The translations under genes and the position numbers were made by a program. The notes under the pieces are model-generated. The model was not told where the DNA came from, did no database searches, and saw only the letters and a program-made list of their open reading frames with translations. A stretch of 64,000 bases of DNA from a virus (taxonomy: Duplodnaviria > Caudoviricetes), in the IMG/VR virus record IMGVR_UViG_3300050146_000027, positions 11,133 to 75,132 of that record. One strand, 5' to 3'. Numbering within the stretch: position 1 is the stretch's first letter; each line of letters starts with the position of its first letter. Of the stretch, positions 15,817-27,066 are shown piece by piece.

Positions 15817-17116
15817 CTTTGGCGACTATAAAGTGGACCTGGACACGGCCCGGCCCAATCCAACGAACAACACTCAAGTTGTTCGTGGTGACTCTCCTCG
15901 CACGGCATTTAGCAAATACAACGACATGCTTGATGCTGTGCATCAAGTGACTCGTCATGTTGGTCCTTTGGCTCCATCTCCTACTTCACCGTGGATGCAG
16001 TGGCTGGATACAAGTATTGATCCTCCTGTTGAGCGCCAACGTAATAGCATCGATACTGCGTGGGTTCTTGCCACTGTAAATGGTGCTTTGCGAGTTGATT
16101 CAAATGGCAATGTGGGCATTGGCGTAAGCGACCCAGATGCACCTTTGGTCATAAAAGCAAACTCAGCCTCTTATGGCATTTCTGTGAGAGGGAGGTCATC
16201 TGATAGTGCGAGTCTGATTGCATTCCGTTCAAATAACAATTCTACGGAGTTGGCTCGTCTCTTAAGATCTTCCGACGGGAACTTGGCAATCAGCAATACT
16301 TCTGGCGGTTCGTCAATAACACTGACTCCATTGGGGTCGAGCGGAAACTCTTACTTTTCTTTTACCTCCGCAGGAAACTTCACCAACGTCGGGACAAATG
16401 ATGCGATTCATGTCATCAACCAGACCGACCCAGTCGCAACAAACAACAAAAGCCCGATTATCTCTTTGAGAAAAGCGGGAGTCATCTCATTCAATCTCTC
16501 TTGCGATGGCGGTAACACTGGTTTGACAAGGTATGACGCAAAGAGCAATACCGGTCAGCATCAATTTTATACAGACGGTGTCGAGAGGGTAAAAATCAGT
16601 CCTCCCGGTAACTTGTTGGTCGGGATAACTTCTTCTTCTGCAAGGCTGCACGTTCAAGGTTCTGGTGGGGCAAATGATCTTGGTTTCTTTCAACAAGGTG
16701 GAACATCAAGCGCAGTGGTGGTGATCAACCATGAAGATCCTCTAGGAACAAACCCAGGATCGAGACCGGTTTTGTCTTTGAGAAAAGGAAACGTCACCTC
16801 GTTCAATTTATCAGTGGACGGTACAACGCTTGGGGCCACGTACTACGACGCTATTGGCCCCAATGGGCAACATCGCTTCTACACAAACGGAACCGAACGG
16901 CTGACCGTCAGAGAAAGCGGGTTCGTAGGTATTGGTACACCAACACCCACAGCAAGACTGGATGTCAGTAGCGATACGCTCCGGTTGAGAACAGCAAAGA
17001 CGCCTGCCAGTGGGACTGCTACAGGCAATGCCGGTGACGTTTGCTGGGACGCCAGCTACATCTACGTCTGCGTAGCAACCAACACATGGAAGCGATCGGC
17101 AATCGCAACATGGTAA
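15809..17116 (+). CDS. Tail fibre/spike 2 (trimeric beta fibre)
   Basis: RGDSPRTAFSKYN N-terminal anchor, GNVGIG/GFVGIG repeats, C-terminal TPASGTATGNAGDVCWDASYIYVCVATNTWKR; RBS GGAGG. Confidence 0.8.
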   Translation: MIDFGDYKVDLDTARPNPTNNTQVVRGDSPRTAFSKYNDMLDAVHQVTRHVGPLAPSPTSPWMQWLDTSIDPPVERQRNSIDTAWVLATVNGALRVDSNGNVGIGVSDPDAPLVIKANSASYGISVRGRSSDSASLIAFRSNNNSTELARLLRSSDGNLAISNTSGGSSITLTPLGSSGNSYFSFTSAGNFTNVGTNDAIHVINQTDPVATNNKSPIISLRKAGVISFNLSCDGGNTGLTRYDAKSNTGQHQFYTDGVERVKISPPGNLLVGITSSSARLHVQGSGGANDLGFFQQGGTSSAVVVINHEDPLGTNPGSRPVLSLRKGNVTSFNLSVDGTTLGATYYDAIGPNGQHRFYTNGTERLTVRESGFVGIGTPTPTARLDVSSDTLRLRTAKTPASGTATGNAGDVCWDASYIYVCVATNTWKRSAIATW

Positions 17117-17136
17117 TATTTACCGGAGAAGCACAA

Positions 17137-17646
17137 GTGACCACTCAAATCAAGATCGCCATCCTGTTGGCCAGCACCCTGCTTATCTTTGGCTACACCA
17201 AAGCCATTCAACATCTTGCTTACCAAGATGGTGCCGCTTCTGTACAGTCAAGGTGGGACACGGAGACTGCCCGACGTGATCTCATCACTGAGCAGCTCAA
17301 GTCCAAAAACGAAAAGCTGAGCCAAGAGAACAAAGATCTCACGGCCGGCATTGCCACAAACCTGGAGAATGCAAATGTCGCTCACGCAAAAGTCATTGCT
17401 GGTGTGCGTGCTGAGTACACTGACCGCTTGCGCAAGTCAGAAGCCCGCTCGGGAATTTATCGAGAGCAAGCCGAAGGTGGAGCCACTCAGTGCCGGCGTC
17501 TTGCAAGCCATGCAACCGAACTCGACCGAAGTCTTGAAGAAGGCCGATCAGTGGTACAAGAGCTCCGGACTACTGTTGGACTCCGTGACCAACAACTCGA
17601 ACAACTAGGACGGCAGATCCTTGCTGATCGTGCACTCCTGAATTGA
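17137..17646 (+). CDS. Rz: Inner-membrane spanin (Rz-like)
   Basis: GTG start after GGAG; N-terminal TM helix followed by a long coiled coil; position before portal as for N4 gp60. Confidence 0.8.
   Translation: MTTQIKIAILLASTLLIFGYTKAIQHLAYQDGAASVQSRWDTETARRDLITEQLKSKNEKLSQENKDLTAGIATNLENANVAHAKVIAGVRAEYTDRLRKSEARSGIYREQAEGGATQCRRLASHATELDRSLEEGRSVVQELRTTVGLRDQQLEQLGRQILADRALLN
17369..17608 (+). CDS. Rz1: Outer-membrane spanin lipoprotein (Rz1-like), embedded in Rz
   Basis: Alternative frame fully inside Rz; signal peptide with lipobox LTAC followed by a Pro-containing segment. Confidence 0.75.
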   Translation: MQMSLTQKSLLVCVLSTLTACASQKPAREFIESKPKVEPLSAGVLQAMQPNSTEVLKKADQWYKSSGLLLDSVTNNSNN

Positions 17647-17653
17647 GGCTTAC

Positions 17654-19867
17654 ATGCAGACCGACACCCAACATCCACAGTCCCCAGACGTTTCCAGCAA
17701 GATGACAACCTGGGCCAATGAGCCCACGTTGGCTGCATTGAAGACAGATCTGGAAGCGGCCAAGCCTGCACACGATGCTCAGGTTGCTCGCATCAATCAC
17801 TGGAATGATCTGCTGAAAGTCAAAGGCAATGCCAAGCCCAAGACGGTGAAAGGTCGATCTTCTGTTCAACCGAAATTGATTCGTCGCCAAGCTGAGTGGC
17901 GATACTCGGCTTTGAGTGAGCCGTTCTTGAGCTCACCCAAATTGTTCAACATCAATCCGGTGACGTTTGAAGACACGAAAGCGGCCAAACAAAATGAGTT
18001 GGTGCTGAACTGGCAGTTCCGGACCAAGCTCAACCGTGTGAAGTTCATCGACGATTACGTGCGTGCCACTGTCGATGAAGGCACCTGCATTGCTAAGCTC
18101 GGATGGAAGCGAGCAACCAAAATGGTCAAAGAAGACGTGCCTGTCTTCGATCATTTTGAAATTGACAATGAAGAGAATCTCAAGGTTCTGCAGCAGGCCA
18201 TTGAGCTCAAAGTTTCGAATCCTCGTGAGTTCGAAGAAAAGGCAAGCCCTGAAGTCAAGGCCAGCGTTACTTTGTATGAAGAGACTGGTCAGGCCACGAT
18301 TGCCGTAAAAAATGGCACTCAAAAGGTTGATGTCGAAAAGGTGCTGGAGAATCGCCCTATCGTCGACATCATGAACCCAGCCAATGTCTACATCGACCCG
18401 AGCTGTGGTGGTGACATTGACCGGGCTATGTTTGTTGCCATTACCTTTGAGACCTGCCATGCAGATCTGAAGAAGGAAGGCAAAAAATACAAGAACTTGG
18501 GCAAGGTTTTGCTTGATGGTGCCAATCCATTGAACGAACCCGACCATGCCACCAATACCCCGAACGACTTCAACTTTGCTGACAAGGCACGGAAGAAGGT
18601 CGTGGCCTACGAATACTGGGGCTATTTCGACATTGAGGGTAATGGCGAGCTGGTTCCATTTGTGGCTACCTGGATCGGCAATGTTTTGATTCGAATGGAG
18701 CTCAATCCATTCCCCGACCAGAAGCTCCCTTTTGTTGTGGTTCCCTACCTGCCGGTCACTCGTGATCTGTACGGTGAGCCTGATGCTGAGCTGCTGGAAG
18801 ACAATCAGCGTGTCCTGGGTGCGGTCATGCGTGGCATGGTTGACTTGATGGGCAAGTCGGCCAATGCACAGCAGGGCATGGCCAAGGGTTTGTTGGATCC
18901 TTTGAACCGTCGTCGATTTGATTCCGGTGAGAACTACGAGTTCAACCCCAATCAGCATCCCAACAACGGGATGCTTCAGCATACCTTTCCAGAGATTCCT
19001 CAGTCAGCCATGCTGATGCTGGGTTTGCAGAACCAAGAAGCAGAAGGCCTCACTGGTGTGAAGTCCTTCAGTGGTGGTGTCTCAGGTGCTGCTTACGGTG
19101 ACGTGGCTGCTGGTATTCGGGGCGCACTGGATGCTGCCTCCAAACGAGAGATGGCTATTCTCCGTCGTTTGGCTAAGGGCATGTCGGACATTGGCAGCAA
19201 AATCATTGCCATGAACGGTGAGTTCATGTCTGAGTCGGAAATCATCCGGATCACCAATGAAGAGTTTGTCGATGTGCTTCGTGAAGACCTGGCCGGCAAC
19301 TTCGACTTGGAAGTGGACATTTCGACGGCTGAGGTTGATGACGCCAAAGCCAAGGACCTGGGTTTCATGCTGCAGACTCTGGGTCCAAACATGGACAGCA
19401 GTATCACCATGATGATCCTGTCTGAGATTGCTCGACTCAAGCGCATGCCTGAATTGGCCAACATGCTTACCAATTGGAAACCTACTCCCGATCCTTTGGC
19501 TCAGGCTCTCAAAGAAGCTGAACTTCAAAAAGCCCAGAAAGAGGTTGAAAAGCTGCAAAGCGAGATCGACCTCAATCAGGCCAAAGCTGCTGAAGCTCGT
19601 GCCAGCAAGGAACAGAAAGACTTGGACTTTGTCGAACAGGAGACCGGTACCAAGCACGCCCGTGAACTTGAGAAACAAGGTGGCCAGGCTCGTGGCAATC
19701 AGAATTTGGAAGTGACCAAGGCTTTGCTGAAATCACGCAAGCCTGATGAATCTGCTCCTGATGTTGAAGCAGGTATTGGCTTCAACCAACTTAGTGATAT
19801 GATTGAGGGAGGACAAGGCCAACCTGGCCTGGGTTCCATCCCAGCAATCCAAGCACCGAGCTACTAA
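17654..19867 (+). CDS. Portal protein (gp59)
   Basis: 737 aa; [26 protein letters not shown] and [17 protein letters not shown], as in N4 portal. Confidence 0.95.
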   Translation: MQTDTQHPQSPDVSSKMTTWANEPTLAALKTDLEAAKPAHDAQVARINHWNDLLKVKGNAKPKTVKGRSSVQPKLIRRQAEWRYSALSEPFLSSPKLFNINPVTFEDTKAAKQNELVLNWQFRTKLNRVKFIDDYVRATVDEGTCIAKLGWKRATKMVKEDVPVFDHFEIDNEENLKVLQQAIELKVSNPREFEEKASPEVKASVTLYEETGQATIAVKNGTQKVDVEKVLENRPIVDIMNPANVYIDPSCGGDIDRAMFVAITFETCHADLKKEGKKYKNLGKVLLDGANPLNEPDHATNTPNDFNFADKARKKVVAYEYWGYFDIEGNGELVPFVATWIGNVLIRMELNPFPDQKLPFVVVPYLPVTRDLYGEPDAELLEDNQRVLGAVMRGMVDLMGKSANAQQGMAKGLLDPLNRRRFDSGENYEFNPNQHPNNGMLQHTFPEIPQSAMLMLGLQNQEAEGLTGVKSFSGGVSGAAYGDVAAGIRGALDAASKREMAILRRLAKGMSDIGSKIIAMNGEFMSESEIIRITNEEFVDVLREDLAGNFDLEVDISTAEVDDAKAKDLGFMLQTLGPNMDSSITMMILSEIARLKRMPELANMLTNWKPTPDPLAQALKEAELQKAQKEVEKLQSEIDLNQAKAAEARASKEQKDLDFVEQETGTKHARELEKQGGQARGNQNLEVTKALLKSRKPDESAPDVEAGIGFNQLSDMIEGGQGQPGLGSIPAIQAPSY

Positions 19868-19881
19868 GAGGAATTTCCACC

Positions 19882-20217
19882 ATGTCTGAAACCGCCGCAC
19901 TGATCAAGCAACAAGAAGATGCCAAGGCCTTCATGGCTCGCCGTGATACGGCTTTGAGGCTCTACGACAATCCTGACTTCAAGAAACTCATCCTGAAGGA
20001 ATTCTGTGTCGAAGAATGTGCTCGCTACGTGCACACCAGTGCCGACCCTGCGCTGAAGCCGGAGAATCGTGCTGATGCCCTGGCTCTTGCCCAGGCTGCT
20101 GGCCATCTTCGCCGCTGGTTGTCGGTGGTTGTCCAGATGGGCAATCAGGCCGAAGGCCAACTCCAAAGCCTGGATCAGGCCATCGAAGAAGCTCGTCAAG
20201 AAGGGGGCGCTGAATGA
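19882..20217 (+). CDS. N4 gp58 homolog
   Basis: LYDNPDFKKLILKEFCVEECARYV...AQAAGHLRRWL; synteny. Confidence 0.8.
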   Translation: MSETAALIKQQEDAKAFMARRDTALRLYDNPDFKKLILKEFCVEECARYVHTSADPALKPENRADALALAQAAGHLRRWLSVVVQMGNQAEGQLQSLDQAIEEARQEGGAE

Positions 20218-21429
20218 CTGGTGAAATCCTCGCCATGTCGGACGAGGAGTTTCTGAAACTCAGCGAACCCCCGGCAGTGTCTGGGGCTTCGACTGAATCG
20301 TCAGATTCCACGGTCACCGACGAAGAGCGTGCTGCTGAACAGGCTGCAGCCGCTTCTGCCCAAGCTCAAGCAGATGCTAACGCAGCTGCTGAGTTGTCCC
20401 GTCAAACTGAAGAAGCAGCTGCGCTTGCCTCACAATGGTGATACAGTCGCCACCGAGTCCGGTGAGCAAACTCCCACGGCAAACAAGCCCGCTGAGAATG
20501 CGCCCCCTGTTGATCAATCAGGCAAGGCAAATTCCAGTGGCGAGTCCACAGAAAATTCTTCTGTTGGTTCCAAGGCTGAAGGCCAGGGTGAGACTCCCGA
20601 CTATGAGGGGTTCTACAAGCAGATCATGTCGCCGCTAAAAGCGAACGGCAAAACGATCACTTTGCAGGATCCCAAAGAAGCGATTCAGCTCATGCAGATG
20701 GGCGCCAATTACACCCGCAAAATGCAGGAATTGGCGCCTCACCGCAAACTGCTGATGATGCTTGACGCCAACGGCTTGATGGATGAAGGTCAACTTTCTT
20801 TTGCCATTGACTTGGTGAAGAAGAATCCTGAAGCCATCAAGAAGTTGGTCAAAGACGCTGGCATTGATCCTCTGGATATTGATGCCAGCACTGAACCGAA
20901 CTACCAAGCAGGCAATCACAGGGTGTCTGATCAGGAAGTGTCTTTCGCCACTGTCCTTGACGATGTCAAGGGCAAGGATGGCGGTACCGAGACGCTCCGG
21001 GTCATTCAGACCCAATGGGATCAAGCCAGCAAGGATGTGTTGTGGGCAAACCCAGATCTGATGGACACGATTCACGAACAGCGTGCTTCGGGCATTTATG
21101 GCCGAATTGCCGATGAAGTGGAACGCCAAAAGACCCTTGGTGCCATCCCTGCTCAGATGCCTTTCATCCAAGCCTACAAGGCTGTCGGTGACAAACTGGC
21201 TGATGCCGGCGCGTTCAACGATCTGGTGAAGACAGAGCCAGCGAAACCTCAAGAGTCCAAGACTCCTGTGGCCACTCGTGCAGCTGTTGTCAAACCGGTG
21301 GTCAAGAATGGCGACAAGGTCAATGCTGCTTCGGCAATACGAACCACTCCCAAGACTGCTGAAATGAAGGTCAATCCTTTGTCGCTGAGCGACGATGACT
21401 TCATGAAGCAAATGGCAAACCGCCTGTGA
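20214..21429 (+). CDS. N4 gp57 homolog (scaffold/tape-measure-annotated), interrupted by a +1 frameshift near 20430
   Basis: N-terminal [10 protein letters not shown] is in ORF 20214-20441; conserved ANGK...[17 protein letters not shown] is in an overlapping ORF ending 21429 that has no suitable start of its own. Confidence 0.75.
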
Positions 21430-21439
21430 AGGAAACACC

Positions 21440-22669
21440 ATGTTGAATTACAACGCCCCGGCCGACGGCCAGAAGTCGAGCATCGACGGTGATGGCTCCG
21501 ACCAACTGAACACCTTTTTCTGGTTGAAGAAGGCCATCATCGAGACCCGCAAGGATCAGTTCTTCATGCCACTGGCTTCGGTCGTGAACATGCCCAAGAA
21601 CTACGGCAAGACCATCAAGGTCTATGAGTACGTTCCTCTGCTGGATGATCGCAACATCAATGACCAAGGCATCGACGCCAACGGTGCCACCATGGCCAAG
21701 GGCAACCTGTATGGTTCCAGCCGTGACGTGGGCACCATCACCGGCAAGCTGCCTCTGCTGACCGAAAACGGTGGCCGTGTGAACCGTGTCGGCTTCACCC
21801 GTCTGACCCTGGAAGGTTCGATCCACAAGTTCGGCTTCTTTTATGAGTTCACCCAGGAAACTCTGGACTTCGACTCCGACGACATGCTCAAAGATCACCT
21901 GGCCCGTGAACTGCTGAGCGGTGCTGTGCAGCTGACTGAAGCTGTTCTGCAAAAGGACCTGCTGGCCGGTGCTGGTACCATCCTGTACGCCGGTGCTGCC
22001 ACGAGCGACGACGAAGTAACCGGTGAAGTGACTCCTCCTGCCGGTGGTGCACCTGAACTGCCTGCCTCTGTGCTGAGCTACCGCAACCTGATGCGTCTGG
22101 ACCAAATCCTGACCGACAAGCGCACGCCCAAGCAGACCAAGGTGATCACCGGCTCCCGCATGGTTGACACCATGGTCATCCCTGCCGGCCGCATCGCCTA
22201 CGTTGGCTCCGAGCTCGTGCCCTGGCTGAAGGAAATGAAGGACCTGTTCAACAACAAGGCCTTCATCGAAGTGCAGCACTATGCTGACGCCGGTACCGTC
22301 CTGAACGGCGAGATCGGCAGCATTGATGCCTTCCGCTTCATCCAGGTGCCCGAGATGCTGCACTGGGCTGGTGCTGGTGCCATCGTCGATGACAACCCTG
22401 GATACCGTTCAACCTTGGTCGGCGGCACGGAGCACTACGACGTGTTCCCCATCCTGGTTGTGGGCGATGACAGCTTCACCACGATCGGTTTCCAGACCGA
22501 TGGCAAGACCGTGAAATTCTCGGTCATCACCAAGATGCCTGGCCAAGCCACTGCGGATCGCAACGATCCCTACGGCGAAACCGGTTTCAGCTCGATCAAG
22601 TGGTACTACGGTATCCTGATCAAGCGTCCCGAGCGGCTGGGCCTGATCAAGACTGTTGCTCCTGTCTGA
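21440..22669 (+). CDS. Major capsid protein (gp56)
   Basis: MLNYNAP...[37 protein letters not shown]...[16 protein letters not shown]. Confidence 0.97.
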   Translation: MLNYNAPADGQKSSIDGDGSDQLNTFFWLKKAIIETRKDQFFMPLASVVNMPKNYGKTIKVYEYVPLLDDRNINDQGIDANGATMAKGNLYGSSRDVGTITGKLPLLTENGGRVNRVGFTRLTLEGSIHKFGFFYEFTQETLDFDSDDMLKDHLARELLSGAVQLTEAVLQKDLLAGAGTILYAGAATSDDEVTGEVTPPAGGAPELPASVLSYRNLMRLDQILTDKRTPKQTKVITGSRMVDTMVIPAGRIAYVGSELVPWLKEMKDLFNNKAFIEVQHYADAGTVLNGEIGSIDAFRFIQVPEMLHWAGAGAIVDDNPGYRSTLVGGTEHYDVFPILVVGDDSFTTIGFQTDGKTVKFSVITKMPGQATADRNDPYGETGFSSIKWYYGILIKRPERLGLIKTVAPV

Positions 22670-22684
22670 TGACTGGGCACCGAG

Positions 22685-22712
22685 AACCAAGGGGGAAACC
22701 CCTTGGTTTTTT
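22685..22712 (+). terminator. Intrinsic terminator after MCP
   Basis: AACCAAGGGG-GAAA-CCCCTTGGTT-TTTT. Confidence 0.85.
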
Positions 22713-22732
22713 ACAACCTGTGGAGAGATTTC

Positions 22733-23356
22733 ATGAGCGAACAATCTGAAGGCACCGGCCAAACCGATGAGCTGCAAATCGATGAGTTGACGTTGCTGAA
22801 GCAACGTGCTCGCATGATGGGCATCACTTTTTCCAACAACATCAGCGTCGAGACACTGAGTGAGAAGATTGCTGCCAAGCAGGCCGGCAATGCAGATGAG
22901 GCACCCAAAGCGGATGCTGATGTCGAAGTCAAAACCGAAAATCCCTTGGCTGTTGAAGAAACCCCCAAACAAAAAAAGCTGTCGGTCCGCAATTACATGA
23001 TCCAAGAGAACATGAAGTTGGTCCGCATTCGCGTCACCTGCCTGGATCCGAAGAAGAAGGAATGGCCTGGTGAGTTCCTGACTGTCGCCAATGAGTTCCT
23101 GGGCACTGTGACCAAATTCGTGCCTTTTGGTGAAGCCACGGACAACGGCTACCACGTCCCGCACTGCATCTACAAGATGCTGAAAAACCGAAAGTTCCTG
23201 AGCATTCGGACGTTCAAGGACCGTGCCAATGCCGGCCAGATCAAGGTCGAGCAGCGTTGGGCCAACGAGTTCGCCATTGAAGTGATGGAACCGTTGACTG
23301 CCCAAGAGCTGGCCAAGCTTGCTGCTGCCCAGACCGCTGGTGGCAACATTAGCTGA
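22733..23356 (+). CDS. N4 gp55 homolog
   Basis: DELTLLKQRARMMGITFSNNI and KLVRIRVTCLDPKKKEWPGE motifs. Confidence 0.85.
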   Translation: MSEQSEGTGQTDELQIDELTLLKQRARMMGITFSNNISVETLSEKIAAKQAGNADEAPKADADVEVKTENPLAVEETPKQKKLSVRNYMIQENMKLVRIRVTCLDPKKKEWPGEFLTVANEFLGTVTKFVPFGEATDNGYHVPHCIYKMLKNRKFLSIRTFKDRANAGQIKVEQRWANEFAIEVMEPLTAQELAKLAAAQTAGGNIS

Positions 23357-23379
23357 ACCTGTTCTTCTTGGTTCGGCGG

Positions 23380-23408
23380 AGCCCTCCACATGGAGGGCTT
23401 CTTCGTTT
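23380..23408 (+). terminator. Intrinsic terminator
   Basis: AGCCCTCC-ACAT-GGAGGGCT followed by a T-rich tail. Confidence 0.65.
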
Positions 23409-23444
23409 AAGATACCCCCAACTCATATTTGATTGGAGCAGGCC

Positions 23445-24395
23445 ATGGCCGTACTTGACCCAGCAGCAGATGCCAATGCTCTGTTCAGCCAGTTGACTGA
23501 AGACTATGCTCTTTCCCTACCTGAATTTGACTTGAGCGGGCCTCAATTTGATTTCCCCTTTGACCAGACATCTACGATCTACGATGCTGTCGCCAAGATC
23601 TCCATCTGTGACCTGACTACCGGAGAAGTTGGTGGCTCTGGTGTATTTGACTCGCTGATGAAGACGGTGGCTGCCCACCTGAAAGCTGAGTTTGACGCTG
23701 GCCGAATTACCGGTGCGGAATACACCAAGTCCTACATTGCAGCCATTGAATCGTCGATGAGCAATGGCACTCAGTTTCTGCTTCAAAAGGATGCAGCGTT
23801 TTGGCAAGCACAGACAGCCCAACTGGCTGCCATCACTGCACGAGTGCAGCTGCAAACTGCTAAGGCTCAGCTGGTTCAGACCATGTACGGAGCCCTGACG
23901 GAGAAGGCAAAGTACGCCTTGCTGAAAATGCAAGCCACTACAGCCACGATCGAATACAAGGTTGCCGAATACAACCACACGATGATGCAGCCTCTTCAGA
24001 AGGAAATTCTGGAGAAGCAATCTGCGACTACCACGCTTCAGATTGAAGGCCTGGACCTGGACAACCAAACCAAAGACTTCACCCTAATCAACATCCTGCC
24101 GACGCAGCGGAATCTGCTCACTGAGCAAATGGAAGCTGCTCGTGCCCAGACCTTGGATGTGCGTAGCGACGGGACTACTCCAGTCACCGGCTCTGTGGGC
24201 AAGCAAAAGGACCTGTACGCCCAGCAGATTACTTCCTACCAGCGCAAGTCTGAACTCGACGCAGCACGCCTGTGGTCGGATGCCTGGACTGTCCAGAAAA
24301 CCATTGATGAAGGTTTGACGGCACCCACCAACTTCACGAACACCAACGTGGATACTGTGCTTTCTCGTATCCGGACAGCTAATGGGCTGACGTAA
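23445..24395 (+). CDS. N4 gp54 homolog (virion structural protein)
   Basis: GSGVFDSLM...HLKAEFDAGRITGAEY and GSVGKQKDLYAQQITSY...WSDAW. Confidence 0.85.
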   Translation: MAVLDPAADANALFSQLTEDYALSLPEFDLSGPQFDFPFDQTSTIYDAVAKISICDLTTGEVGGSGVFDSLMKTVAAHLKAEFDAGRITGAEYTKSYIAAIESSMSNGTQFLLQKDAAFWQAQTAQLAAITARVQLQTAKAQLVQTMYGALTEKAKYALLKMQATTATIEYKVAEYNHTMMQPLQKEILEKQSATTTLQIEGLDLDNQTKDFTLINILPTQRNLLTEQMEAARAQTLDVRSDGTTPVTGSVGKQKDLYAQQITSYQRKSELDAARLWSDAWTVQKTIDEGLTAPTNFTNTNVDTVLSRIRTANGLT

Positions 24396-27064
24396 TGGGC
24401 AGCAAGAAAACCTATGTGGCTTCTGCCGTGTACAACATGGCAGGGGACATCAAAGACCGCCCCCACTATCTCAAAACGATGGTGGCTGGGCGAGTGCTTT
24501 CTGGCCAACCTGCTACTGAAAGTTTCACAGCCACAAGTCTTCGAAGCTATTTAAAAGGTCCTGGCATTGACCTTCGCCATTTTGTTCGATGGGCCCGTTT
24601 AGATGGCTACAACGCAAATCTTGGTGAGGTACAGAGCACAATCTCAGTGCCGAACAACATCAATACTACGGCCCTGTCTGCACAGTTGGAACTGATCTAC
24701 GGCAAAACTCTGTACCTGAACCGAGTCAACGTGGGCATGGCTGATTATGGCATTTGGGCTAATCAGTACATGTTGGCAAATCACCAGGACAAGTACACAA
24801 CAGCATGGGCAGCTGATTTTAATGAAGCTACTGGGCAGATCATCATTCGAATTCCTATGATGTCGCCAATCACATTCACCCCAGTTGGTTATGTGCAGTC
24901 GGCTCAGTACATGTATGTAAGCCTGAACCAAGAGAAGGATTTTGTGTCTTCGTCAGAGACTTCGGGTTGGTTGGTTGGTCAGGTAGACGTCCCTGACGAT
25001 TACACAATCCAAAGCAACCAGACCAACAGCGTCACTGTATTGCTCGAAGACACGACAGTTGTTTCTCAAACTTTGAATGGTGGAGTGCCTTACAGTTCTG
25101 CTTTTAGTAACCCACACTACGAGACCATTTCTCTGACAAGCCAGCTCTATACCCGTAAGTCAAATTTACCAAACATCGACTCTGACCTTGTTGTGGGCAG
25201 TGTCACTGAAAGCATTGAGATTCGTGAGGTGCAGAGCATTCACGAGAAAATCAACACGAGCACGTTGACTGAGTTAGTTCAAGCTGGCACTCGAATCAGT
25301 AATACCACTAGCACAATTCAAACACTTCAGAAACACACAGAGTATCAAAAGATTACTGTGACTGTTCGTGAGAAGTCTTGGGCAAATGAAGAGATTTTCA
25401 TCTACCGACAAGGTAGCGGCAATGCTGCGCTTGATGCTTTGTTTGTGGCTCGCAGTGCGGCAGGTTCATTTTTCCCAGCTATTCCTATTCGCATTAACAA
25501 CAAGTTTGTGACGGAACCTCAGTACGCTGGAATTCTTCCTTGGGTACAGAAGGCTGTTGCTCGCTCTACCAACTTTACTTTTGAAAAGTTGCTGGATATT
25601 GTCAAAGACAATCCAAGCCTCAAAGACATTGATTTTGCTTACATGCTTTTTGGTGTGTCGCTAAACTCTACAGAAAATGCATCCAAGCGGTACATGTATG
25701 AGTTTTTCCGAAATGCTGGGCAGCCCTCTACAGCAGCCATGAATCAATTCTGGAATGACTACTGGGTTGCAGTGGCTTCTTGGGATGCATGGGTTCAGTG
25801 GTATGAGAGTGGCCGCTACGAATCGAATAGGTATGACTGGGATAACTCGATGCCAACTGAGCCAACTCGGTTGCCTATGCCAACGCTCCCAAAGCAGGGC
25901 ATCAATGTCCGATCTCAGTATAACTACAACCTTTTGATTGAGTTTTCTGGGGCTGTTGAGGAGTTGTTTGAAGGAAAGTATTCTCCATCAGCAAAGATCA
26001 ATACCCTTCGAATCTACAAAGGTCCAACATTGAACTTTAGGCAGTACCCGCAGCAAAGTGAAAAAGGCAGTCGAGCGTATCAAGGCTACTTCCTCGACAC
26101 CAACGACAGTGCGCCTGCCTACCAGACTGTGATTATTGATTGGCAATACGCGCATGGTGCGTATCGTCGTTTGACTATTACTGGATTGAAGCACGTCAAT
26201 TTTGTGTACGGAGGTAAAGCAGTTGAGATCACGGCATGGGATGCTCTTGATGATTTGGAAGAATCTGGATTTATCATCCCCCTACAAGAAGAAACGTTGT
26301 TTGGGTTGCCGCTTTCGGTGACTACCCAGTTGACCACGGCCTCGACCTACATGATGTTCAACTCGTACCAGATCGTCAAACAAGAGTGGTACCAGACTGG
26401 CATTTTTAAAGTCGTCCTGGTCATCATTACGATCGTCCTCAGTATTTACTTTCCCCCGGCTTCAGGGGTTACTGGTGGTTTGCTTGGCACCAACGTTGCT
26501 ATTGGAACTGCTCTTGGTTTCACAGGCACTGCGGCTATTATTGCTGGGGCCATCGCCAATGCTATTGTTTCGATGATCGTTACTGAGATCATTTCCCGTG
26601 CTTCTATTGCTTTACTTGGACCTAGAGTTGGTTCCATTGTTGGTGCTATTCTTTCGATTGTGGTTGTTTCTGTCGGCACAAGCATGGCAGGCGGAAAGCC
26701 TCTGTCAATTTCTTTTGGCAACCTCATCAATGCAGAGAATCTGATGAAGTTGACTTCTGCTCTGAGCACTGGCATCTCTGCCTACATTGCTTCAGGCACT
26801 CAAGACACCATCGTCGAAACTCAGGATGTTCTTGAGGACTACAAACGTCAGGCGAAGTCCATTGCTGAGCGGTACACTCAAGAATTTGGTGACTCTTCTG
26901 GCGTCATCGATCCTCTTGCTGTTGCTGACGCTGTGCAGTTCCAAATAGAAGATCCCAGCATCTTCTTGAATCGCACGTTGATGAACGGCACAGACATTGC
27001 TGACTTGTCCCACAACATGTTGGATAATTTCACAACCCTCACTACGGCCTTGCCCTTGGAGTGA
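24395..27064 (+). CDS. N4 gp53 homolog (large virion structural/tail protein)
   Basis: KKTYVASAVYNMAGD N-terminus; FFPAIPIRINN; ESGFIIPL...VKQEWYQTGIF followed by a hydrophobic stretch. Confidence 0.85.
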   Translation: MGSKKTYVASAVYNMAGDIKDRPHYLKTMVAGRVLSGQPATESFTATSLRSYLKGPGIDLRHFVRWARLDGYNANLGEVQSTISVPNNINTTALSAQLELIYGKTLYLNRVNVGMADYGIWANQYMLANHQDKYTTAWAADFNEATGQIIIRIPMMSPITFTPVGYVQSAQYMYVSLNQEKDFVSSSETSGWLVGQVDVPDDYTIQSNQTNSVTVLLEDTTVVSQTLNGGVPYSSAFSNPHYETISLTSQLYTRKSNLPNIDSDLVVGSVTESIEIREVQSIHEKINTSTLTELVQAGTRISNTTSTIQTLQKHTEYQKITVTVREKSWANEEIFIYRQGSGNAALDALFVARSAAGSFFPAIPIRINNKFVTEPQYAGILPWVQKAVARSTNFTFEKLLDIVKDNPSLKDIDFAYMLFGVSLNSTENASKRYMYEFFRNAGQPSTAAMNQFWNDYWVAVASWDAWVQWYESGRYESNRYDWDNSMPTEPTRLPMPTLPKQGINVRSQYNYNLLIEFSGAVEELFEGKYSPSAKINTLRIYKGPTLNFRQYPQQSEKGSRAYQGYFLDTNDSAPAYQTVIIDWQYAHGAYRRLTITGLKHVNFVYGGKAVEITAWDALDDLEESGFIIPLQEETLFGLPLSVTTQLTTASTYMMFNSYQIVKQEWYQTGIFKVVLVIITIVLSIYFPPASGVTGGLLGTNVAIGTALGFTGTAAIIAGAIANAIVSMIVTEIISRASIALLGPRVGSIVGAILSIVVVSVGTSMAGGKPLSISFGNLINAENLMKLTSALSTGISAYIASGTQDTIVETQDVLEDYKRQAKSIAERYTQEFGDSSGVIDPLAVADAVQFQIEDPSIFLNRTLMNGTDIADLSHNMLDNFTTLTTALPLE

Positions 27065-27066
27065 CC

